Of a stretch of DNA of 24,000 bases, positions 17,353 to 24,000 are shown piece after piece. Each line of letters begins with the position of its first letter. Position 1 is the stretch's first letter. The notes under the pieces are model-generated. The model was not told the origin of the DNA. It saw only the letters and a program-made list of their open reading frames with translations, and searched no databases. A program made the position numbers and the translations under genes. The DNA is from Spelaeicoccus albus (GTDB taxonomy: Bacteria > Actinomycetota > Actinomycetes > Actinomycetales > Brevibacteriaceae), in the NCBI RefSeq assembly GCF_013409065.1, contig NZ_JACBZP010000001.1:2776518-2800517 (forward strand), given 5' to 3'.

Positions 17353-18162
17353 ATGCACGACTCCGACTACGAGTACGTGACCTTTGCGCGCCGGGCCAAC
17401 GGCGTGCTGGTGATGACGCTTGACCGCCCGGACAAATACAACGCCGCCAACGAACAGATGCACGGCGAGTTGGCCAGGGTCTGGAAGGATGTTTCGGCCG
17501 ACGACGAGGTGCGCGTCGTCGTCGTGACGGGCGCCGGCCGTGCCTTTTCGGCCGGCGGCGACCTGGAAATGGTGCAGCGGATGGCCGGCGATCACGACCG
17601 CGTCTCGCACATGCTCATTGAAATGAGCGATCTCGTCGAGAACTTGCTGGATTGCTCGAAGCCCGTCGTGTCGGCCATCAACGGCGTCGCGGTCGGCGCC
17701 GGGCTGGTCATTGCGCTGCTGGCCGATATTTCGATATGCGCGGCCGATGCCAAACTCGGCGACGGGCACATCAAACTCGGCGTCGCGGCCGGCGATCACG
17801 CGGCCTTGATGTGGCCGCTGCTCATCGGACTGGCCAAGGCCCGGTACTACCTGCTGACGGGCGAGATGTTGACCGGAGCCGAGGCCGAGCGGCTCGGCAT
17901 GGTGTCGAAAAGCGTCGAGCCCGGCGACGTCATGCCCGAGGCCTTGCGCATTGCGGACGGTTTGGCCGCCGGACCCCAGCAAGCCATCCGACTGACTCGG
18001 CGGGCTTTGAACAACTGGGCCGCCGGATCGCGGGCGATTTTCGATCAGTCCGCGGCTTACGAGATGCTCACCTTCATGGGGCCGGACGTCGTCGAGGGCG
18101 CCGCCGCATTGCGCGAAAAGCGCGCTCCCGCTTTCCCGTCCGCCGCCCGCCGGGGCGATTGA
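17353..18162 (+). CDS. Crotonase-fold (enoyl-CoA hydratase/isomerase family) protein lacking both canonical hydratase glutamates
   Basis: 269 aa with the oxyanion-hole context VVTGAGRAFSAGGDL and NGVAVGAG. See the findings for the active-site alignment. Confidence 0.9.
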   Translation: MHDSDYEYVTFARRANGVLVMTLDRPDKYNAANEQMHGELARVWKDVSADDEVRVVVVTGAGRAFSAGGDLEMVQRMAGDHDRVSHMLIEMSDLVENLLDCSKPVVSAINGVAVGAGLVIALLADISICAADAKLGDGHIKLGVAAGDHAALMWPLLIGLAKARYYLLTGEMLTGAEAERLGMVSKSVEPGDVMPEALRIADGLAAGPQQAIRLTRRALNNWAAGSRAIFDQSAAYEMLTFMGPDVVEGAAALREKRAPAFPSAARRGD

Positions 18163-18213
18163 GCCGCCGCGCGCTGCCCCCGTCGAGCCACGAAATTTGC
18201 TTATTTGTGCATA

Positions 18214-18331
18214 TGTCAGAACAAACTATTGACAGGGTCACGGCGATCCGGCAAAGTTATCCATGTCACGCCGGTGACGAATGCCGGCGAACGGCAAGTT
18301 CGACCGGCAAGATCACTAGGGCAAGTGTGAT
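18214..18331 (+). promoter_or_regulatory. Three short inverted repeats sharing TCAC/GTGA-type half-sites in the iolC leader (candidate operators)
   Basis: TGTCA-N11-TGACA at 18214-18234; GTCAC-gccg-GTGAC at 18265-18278; ATCAC-N10-GTGAT at 18312-18331. All lie within 135 nt upstream of the iolC ATG. Confidence 0.3.
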
Positions 18332-18348
18332 AGGGAAAGCGGGGACGG

Positions 18349-19320
18349 ATGGCGCACGACGTGCTGACGATGGGCCGAATCAGTGTTGATATTTATCCGC
18401 ACGATATCGGCGTCGATCTCGAAGACGTGACGACGTTCGGCAAATATCTGGGCGGATCCGCATCCAACGTCGCAGTGGCGGCGGCAAAGCACGGGCTGAA
18501 GTCCGGGGTGATCACCCGCACCGGGAACGACCCGTTCGGAACCTATCTGCACCGTGAACTTCGCCGTTACGGCGTCGACGACTCCCAGGTCAGCGCCGTC
18601 GACGAGTGGCCGACACCCGTGACCTTCTGCGCCATCAAACCACCGGAGGACTTTCCGCTGTACTTCTACCGGACGCCGACCGCCCCGGATCTGCAAATCA
18701 AACGGGCCGAACTCGACACGGACGCCGTCCGGAGCGCCGGGATCTTCTGGATGACGGTAACCGGGCTTTGCCAAGAGCCCAGCCGCGACGCGCACGCCGC
18801 CGCCCTCGAAGCGCGGCCGCGAGAGGGCCTGCGCCCCGGCCAGTTCACGGTACTCGATCTCGACTATCGTCCCATGTTCTGGCCCGGCCCGGACGAAGCC
18901 CGCACCGAGATCGCCCGCGTGCTTCCGGACGTCACCGTCGCGATCGGCAACCGCGAAGAATGCGGCGTGGCGGTCGGCGAAGGCACCCCCGACGAGCTCG
19001 CCGACCGGCTGCTGGAATCCGGCGTCGACATCGCAGTCGTCAAACTCGGGTCGGACGGCGTCATGGCGGCTTCACGGTCCGACCGGGTCATTTCCGCGCC
19101 CATCCCCGTCGACCCGGTCAACGGCCTGGGCGCCGGGGACGCCTTTGGCGGCGCGTTCTGCCGGGCATTGACCAGCGGCTGGGAACTTCGGGCGTGCCTG
19201 GACTTCGCCAACGCCGCCGGCGCAATCGTGGCCGGCGAGCTGTCTTGCTCGGAGGCCATGCCTGATACGGACGCCGTGCTTGCCCTTTTGGCAGCTCGCG
19301 GACGGGCGGTGCCGGCGTGA
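18349..19320 (+). CDS. iolC: 5-dehydro-2-deoxygluconokinase (PfkB family)
   Basis: 323 aa, colinear with IolC (GRISVDIYP...FGKYLGGSASNVAVAAAKHGL, LDLDYRPMFW, GAGDAFGGAF, SCSEAMP). Confidence 0.9.
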   Translation: MAHDVLTMGRISVDIYPHDIGVDLEDVTTFGKYLGGSASNVAVAAAKHGLKSGVITRTGNDPFGTYLHRELRRYGVDDSQVSAVDEWPTPVTFCAIKPPEDFPLYFYRTPTAPDLQIKRAELDTDAVRSAGIFWMTVTGLCQEPSRDAHAAALEARPREGLRPGQFTVLDLDYRPMFWPGPDEARTEIARVLPDVTVAIGNREECGVAVGEGTPDELADRLLESGVDIAVVKLGSDGVMAASRSDRVISAPIPVDPVNGLGAGDAFGGAFCRALTSGWELRACLDFANAAGAIVAGELSCSEAMPDTDAVLALLAARGRAVPA

Positions 19321-20273
19321 ACGGCCACGACGCGGGCAGCGGCGACACCCGCTACGAGCACCTGACCCGGATCCGGGTGGAAGATCCGGGCGCCATCGCC
19401 CGGGCGGCCACGTCCAGGCGGCGGCACCCGGGACTGCGGTACGGCCCGCAAACGTTCATCATTGCAGCCGATCATCCCGCTCGCGGCGCGCTGTCGGTCG
19501 GCGACGACGCGGCCGCGATGGCCGACCGGCGAGACCTGCTCGACCGGTTACGGACCGCCTTGGCGACGCCGGGCTGTGACGGCGTTTTGGCCACGCCGGA
19601 CATCATCGACGATCTGCTGCTGCTCGGCGCCCTGGACGACAAACTCGTGTTCGGGTCGATGAACCGCGCCGGGCTTGCCGGATCGTCCTTTGAATACGAC
19701 GACCGCTTCACCGGTTACACGGCCGAAGCATTGGACGCCATCGGCGCCGACGGGGGCAAGATGCTCACCCGGATCGCCTTGGCGGATCCCGCCACTCCAA
19801 CGGTGCTCGAGAACACGGCCCGCGCCGTCGATGCGCTGGCCGACCGCGGACTCGTGGCAATGATCGAGCCGTTCCTTTCGGAATGGCGGAACGGCCGAGC
19901 CCACAACGACCTCAGCACGGACGCCGTCGTCAAATCGGTGGCGATCGCGTCGGCCCTCGGCGCGTCGAGCGCAGGCACGTGGATGAAGGTGCCCGTCGTC
20001 GACCGGATGGACCGCGTCATGGCGGCCACGACACTGCCGACAGTGCTACTGGGCGGCGACACCGGCTCCGATCCGGATGTCGTGTTCGCCCGGTGGGAAA
20101 ACGCCTTGCGCCAACCCGGCGTCGTCGGCCTGACAGTGGGGCGCACCTTGCTCTACCCGCCGGACGGTGACGTGGCCGGCGCAGTGAAAACCGCAGTGTC
20201 GCTGCTGGCCGGCCCGGCGTCCGGCAATTCCGCACCCCCTCCATCCACAACGGCCGATAGGAGCCGCTCATGA
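19317..20273 (+). CDS. Class-I (DhnA/Cgl0159-type, TIM-barrel) aldolase, probable 5-dehydro-2-deoxyphosphogluconate aldolase of the iol pathway
   Basis: 318 aa. The GTG at 19317 overlaps the iolC stop (GTGA), and its stop overlaps the iolD ATG (ATGA). The assignment rests mainly on position after iolC, as I recall it for the Corynebacterium glutamicum iol cluster, plus TIM-barrel-like pattern. Confidence 0.65.
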   Translation: MNGHDAGSGDTRYEHLTRIRVEDPGAIARAATSRRRHPGLRYGPQTFIIAADHPARGALSVGDDAAAMADRRDLLDRLRTALATPGCDGVLATPDIIDDLLLLGALDDKLVFGSMNRAGLAGSSFEYDDRFTGYTAEALDAIGADGGKMLTRIALADPATPTVLENTARAVDALADRGLVAMIEPFLSEWRNGRAHNDLSTDAVVKSVAIASALGASSAGTWMKVPVVDRMDRVMAATTLPTVLLGGDTGSDPDVVFARWENALRQPGVVGLTVGRTLLYPPDGDVAGAVKTAVSLLAGPASGNSAPPPSTTADRSRS

Positions 20274-22198
20274 CGCAGATGACAGTCGCGCAGGCAGTCG
20301 TGGAGTTTCTCGGCAGGCAGTACACCGTCGACCGCATTGGCTCCGAGACGTACCGCGAGCGAACCATTCCGGGAATGCTCGGCATCTTCGGGCACGGTAA
20401 CGTGGCGGGAGTCGGCCAGGCGTTGAAGCAATGGCAGCAAAAGGACCCCACGCTGATGCCCTACTACCAGGGCCGCAACGAACAGGGACTTGCCGATCAG
20501 GGAGTCGGCTATGCCCGCCACACCAGGCGCCGCGGCACGTTCGCCGTGACGACGTCGATCGGCCCCGGGTCGTCGAACCTCCTCACCGGTGCGGCCCTGG
20601 CCACGGCCAACCGACTGCCGGTGTTGTTGCTGCCGTCCGACACGTTCGCCACGCGCCGGCCCGACCCCGTGCTGCAGCAAATCGAACGCCCCGAAGCGTA
20701 TGACGTGAGCGTCAATGACGCGTTCCGGCCGCTGTCCAAATCGTTCGACAGGGTCAGCCGCCCCGAACAGGTGTTCTCGGCACTGCTGAACGCCATGCGC
20801 GTGTTGACGGACCCGGCCGAAACCGGCGCCTGCACTATTGCGCTGCCGCAGGACGTGCAGGCCGAAGCAATCGATGTCCCGGACGAATTCCTCGCCGAAC
20901 GCAACTGGCGGATCCGTCGGCCCGCCCCGGAAATCGACGACATTCGCGAAGCCGCCCGTGCGATCGAAGACGCCGAGCGGCCGCTCATCGTGGCGGGTGG
21001 GGGAGTGCTGTACTCGTTCGCCACCGACGCGCTGCAGGATTTCGTCGAAGCCACCGGCATCCCCGTCGGCTGCACGCAAGCAGGAATGGGGTCGTTGGCC
21101 TGGGACCATCCGCAAAACCTCGGCGCCATCGGGTCGACCGGCACGGTGGCCGCTAACCGACTCGCCCGCGATGCCGACCTGGTGATCGGCATCGGCACTC
21201 GTTACGAGGACTTCACCACTGCCTCGCGCACCGCCTTCGCGAACCCGGCCGTGCGCTTCATCAACATCAACGTCGCTGCCATCGACGCGTACAAGAACGC
21301 CACCTCCTTGCCGATCGTCGCCGACGCGCGCAAGGCGCTCATCGAGCTGACCTCGGCGCTGCAAGGGTTCCGCGTGTCGGATGATTTGACGTCGACCGTG
21401 GCGGCCGAGAAGAAGGAGTGGGACGCCGTCGTCGACGACGCGTACCACACGCGCCACGCGCCGCTGCCGGCCCAGTCCGAGATCATCGGCGCCGTGAACG
21501 AGGCATCGGATGCGCGCGACGTCGTGATCTGCGCGGCAGGATCCCTGCCGGGCGACCTGCACAAGCTCTGGCGTGTGCGAGACCCCTACGGCTACCACGT
21601 GGAATACGCGTTCTCGTGCATGGGATACGAGATCGCCGGTGGAATCGGCGTCAAACGCGCGGCGCCGGACCGCGACGTCATCGTCATGGTGGGCGACGGG
21701 TCGTATCTGATGATGCACACCGAACTCGTCACGGCAGTCGCCGAACGGATCGACGTGATAGTCGTCTTGATCCAAAATCACGGCTATGCGTCGATCGGCG
21801 CCCTGTCGGAGTCGTTGGGCTCGCAGCGGTTCGGCACCAAATACCGGTACCTCGACGAAGAGTCGCACAGCTTCGACGACGGCCACACGCTGCCGATCGA
21901 TTTGGCGACCAACGCCGAGAGTCTCGGCGCGCACGTGATCCGCATCGGCCCGGGCGAATCGAGCATCGACGAATTGGCCGACGCCGTCCGGCGCACCAAG
22001 GCCGAGTTCTCCGGCGGCACGCGCTCGGGCCCCGTGCTGATCCATGTGAACAGCGACCCGCTGATTGCCGCACCGGACTCCGAGAGTTGGTGGGACGTGC
22101 CGGTGTCGGCCGTGTCCGAGCTGGATTCCACGCTCGAGGCGTATTCCGAATACACGGCCCGCAAAGACACGCAAGCTCGCTACCTCGGCGATCGCTGA
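20270..22198 (+). CDS. iolD: 3D-(3,5/4)-trihydroxycyclohexane-1,2-dione acylhydrolase (ThDP-dependent)
   Basis: 642 aa. The N-terminus MTVAQAVVEFLGRQY...GIFGHGNVAGVGQAL parallels B. subtilis IolD. The ThDP-binding GDGSYLM motif is present. Confidence 0.95.
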   Translation: MTQMTVAQAVVEFLGRQYTVDRIGSETYRERTIPGMLGIFGHGNVAGVGQALKQWQQKDPTLMPYYQGRNEQGLADQGVGYARHTRRRGTFAVTTSIGPGSSNLLTGAALATANRLPVLLLPSDTFATRRPDPVLQQIERPEAYDVSVNDAFRPLSKSFDRVSRPEQVFSALLNAMRVLTDPAETGACTIALPQDVQAEAIDVPDEFLAERNWRIRRPAPEIDDIREAARAIEDAERPLIVAGGGVLYSFATDALQDFVEATGIPVGCTQAGMGSLAWDHPQNLGAIGSTGTVAANRLARDADLVIGIGTRYEDFTTASRTAFANPAVRFININVAAIDAYKNATSLPIVADARKALIELTSALQGFRVSDDLTSTVAAEKKEWDAVVDDAYHTRHAPLPAQSEIIGAVNEASDARDVVICAAGSLPGDLHKLWRVRDPYGYHVEYAFSCMGYEIAGGIGVKRAAPDRDVIVMVGDGSYLMMHTELVTAVAERIDVIVVLIQNHGYASIGALSESLGSQRFGTKYRYLDEESHSFDDGHTLPIDLATNAESLGAHVIRIGPGESSIDELADAVRRTKAEFSGGTRSGPVLIHVNSDPLIAAPDSESWWDVPVSAVSELDSTLEAYSEYTARKDTQARYLGDR

Positions 22199-22257
22199 CC
22201 GGAGCGCATCCAATGACGGCAGGAGCACGGAACGATGAGCCCACGACAAGGAGCCCG

Positions 22258-23163
22258 ATGAGCACTGTGACGATCGGTACCGCACCTGATTCCTGGGGAG
22301 TCTGGTTTGCCGACGACCCCGAGCAGACCCCGTGGCAACGCTTCCTCGACGAAGCCGCCGACGCCGGATACCGGTGGATCGAACTCGGCCCCTACGGATA
22401 CCTGCCGACCGACCCGGAAGTTCTGCGCGCCGAACTGGAGCGGCGCGACCTCCAGGTCGCGGCCGGAACAGTCTTCACGGCGTTCCACCGAGGCGCCGAC
22501 CAGTGGCACGAGGCATGGGAGCCTGCCAGGAAAGTCGCCGAGCTGACTGCCGCGGTGGGCGGCAAGCATATCGTCGTCATTCCGGCGATGTGGCGCGACG
22601 ACGTGACGGGGCAGCCGGTGGAAAGCGGCGAGCTGACGGCAGGGCAGTGGGACGATCTGTGCGCGGGTCACGACAAGCTCGGCCGCATCCTCGCCGACGA
22701 CTACGGACTCGCGCAGCAATTCCATCCGCACGCCGACAGCCACGTGGGCGCGCAGCCGGACATCGAACGGATTTTGCAGGCGACCGATCCGGCATTCTTC
22801 AATTTGTGTCTCGACACCGGGCACGCCGAATACTGCGGCGCCTCCAGCCTGGACCTGATCCGTCAGTATCCCGACCGCATCGGTTACCTGCACTTGAAGC
22901 AGATCGACCCGGCCGTTCTTGCCCACGTGCGCGAAAACGACCTCACCTGGGCGGCGGCCAACAAGGCCGGAGTGATGGTCGAACCACCCGCGGGTCTTCC
23001 CGATCTGCGCAGCGTGATCGACGCGGTCGAAGCTCTGGACAAGGACATCTTCGGCGTCGTGGAACAAGACATGTACCCGGTCCCGTTCGACGTGCCGTTG
23101 CCGATCGCTCGGCGCACGAAGGACTATCTGCTGTCCTGCGGATCTCGGACGACGATCAACTAA
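22258..23163 (+). CDS. iolE: Xylose-isomerase-like TIM-barrel protein, probable myo-inosose-2 dehydratase
   Basis: Start is at the internal ATG 22258, 4 nt after AAGGAG (MSTVTIGTAPDSWGVW...). TDPAFFNLCLDTGH matches the IolE TDPAFVSLLFDTGH context. The upstream part of the 581-aa track ORF overlaps iolD out of frame. Confidence 0.7.
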   Translation: MSTVTIGTAPDSWGVWFADDPEQTPWQRFLDEAADAGYRWIELGPYGYLPTDPEVLRAELERRDLQVAAGTVFTAFHRGADQWHEAWEPARKVAELTAAVGGKHIVVIPAMWRDDVTGQPVESGELTAGQWDDLCAGHDKLGRILADDYGLAQQFHPHADSHVGAQPDIERILQATDPAFFNLCLDTGHAEYCGASSLDLIRQYPDRIGYLHLKQIDPAVLAHVRENDLTWAAANKAGVMVEPPAGLPDLRSVIDAVEALDKDIFGVVEQDMYPVPFDVPLPIARRTKDYLLSCGSRTTIN

Positions 23164-23189
23164 CGCCACTCACGCTCAGGGAGAGAACT

Positions 23190-24000
23190 ATGGACGCATC
23201 GAAAACCTCCGACCGGCTGAACGTCGCGGTGATTGGCGCCGGACGCATGGGCGCCGACCACATTCGCCGTCTGGACACGCGTATTTCCGGAGCGCGCGTA
23301 GCGGCTGTCGTCGACGTCGACGAGGCCCGGGCGACGGACGCCGTGCGCGACGTGCCCGGCGCCGTCGCCCTGACGGATCCGACTGAAGCGTTGGCGCGGG
23401 CCGACGTGGATGCCGTCCTCGTGGCAACCCCCGGATTCCTGCACGAGGACATCCTGTTGGCCGCGCTGGAAAAAGATATGCCGATCCTGTGCGAAAAGCC
23501 GCTCACGCAAGAGCCCGACAGTTCGTGGCGGATCGTCGAAGCCGAAGAGAGGCTGGGCCGTCAGCGAATCCAGGTCGGCTTCATGCGCCGCTTCGACTCC
23601 GAATACGCAGCGCTCGGCGGCATATTTGCCGGCGGCGAGCTCGGCGCGCCGCTGATGCTGCACTGCGCGCACCGCAATCCGTCCACGCCGCCCGGGTTCA
23701 CCAACGAGATGCTCATCACCGACTCGGTGGTGCACGAATTCGACGTGATCCGCTATTTGACCGGCGAAGAGATCGCTTCGGTCCAGATCCGGCGAGGCCG
23801 CCGGAACTCGTTCGCCCCCGACGAGCAGCACGACCCGCAACACGTGCTGATCGAGACCACCGGCGGGCTCTTGGCCGACGTCGAGATCTTCGTCAATGCC
23901 GAATTCGGCTACCAGGTCACGACGCAGGCCGTGTTCGAACGCGGAATCGTCAACATCGGGCGGGACCGCGGACCGGAGGTAGCGGCGTCCGGTCGTTGGG
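23190..24000 (+). CDS. iolG: Inositol 2-dehydrogenase (Gfo/Idh/MocA), 3' end beyond window
   Basis: Open frame from ATG 23190 (MDASKTSDRLNVAVIGAGRMGADHIRRL...), absent from the track because there is no stop in the window. It is colinear with B. subtilis IolG (CEKPL, VGFMRRFDSEY, LHCAHRNP, VHEFDV). Confidence 0.9.
   Translation, partial: MDASKTSDRLNVAVIGAGRMGADHIRRLDTRISGARVAAVVDVDEARATDAVRDVPGAVALTDPTEALARADVDAVLVATPGFLHEDILLAALEKDMPILCEKPLTQEPDSSWRIVEAEERLGRQRIQVGFMRRFDSEYAALGGIFAGGELGAPLMLHCAHRNPSTPPGFTNEMLITDSVVHEFDVIRYLTGEEIASVQIRRGRRNSFAPDEQHDPQHVLIETTGGLLADVEIFVNAEFGYQVTTQAVFERGIVNIGRDRGPEVAASGRW

Noticed and set aside
20153-22285. 710-aa antisense ORF opposite iolD, and the 581-aa ORF 21418..23163 fusing an out-of-frame iolD overlap to iolE
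   Set aside because: iolD is unambiguous on the plus strand. The antisense product has no recognisable domain. iolE has its own AAGGAG-ATG at 22258.

Overview
This is a GC-rich actinobacterial chromosomal segment that reads as conserved core genome, not an accessory island.

**Gene content, left to right**
- aceE (pyruvate dehydrogenase E1) lies on the minus strand. Downstream of it on the same strand is a FasR/MabR-like PucR regulator -> fabD -> fabH -> acpP operon; acpP is cut by the window edge.
- A translationally coupled DUF3052 / AhpE-like peroxiredoxin pair is divergent from aceE. As I recall the gene orders, the whole block matches M. tuberculosis Rv2238c-Rv2244 and S. coelicolor fasR-fabD-fabH-acpP.
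- Next is a secreted Rpf-LysM resuscitation-promoting factor with a long, AT-richer, structured leader.
- Then a complete FMN-riboswitch-controlled ribD-ribE-ribBA-ribH operon.
- Then an operon of an ArsR-like regulator, a 54-codon ORF absent from the ORF track, and an APC permease.
- Then tRNA-Val(UAC).
- Then a trio of an acyl-CoA dehydrogenase, a BadH-like SDR and a crotonase-fold protein. Both flanking enzymes lack their canonical catalytic glutamates.
- Last is the start of a myo-inositol catabolic operon: iolC, a class-I aldolase, iolD, an iolE-like gene and a partial iolG.

**What I did not find**
I see no transposase, integrase, CRISPR array, restriction/defence, toxin or secretion-system genes. 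I cannot honestly point to a new multi-gene system.

**What the gene list leaves unexplained**
1. Nested inverted repeats (four copies of a 17-nt motif, including a 63-bp perfect palindrome) between aceE and the regulator.
2. Two copies of a ~50-bp palindromic element used as terminators at unrelated loci.
3. The coupled small ORF, which is in frame with the permease.
4. Four helically phased tandem decamers between the SDR and the crotonase gene.
5. The non-canonical active sites of the ACAD/crotonase trio.

All functional interpretations of these are inference from sequence reading only.
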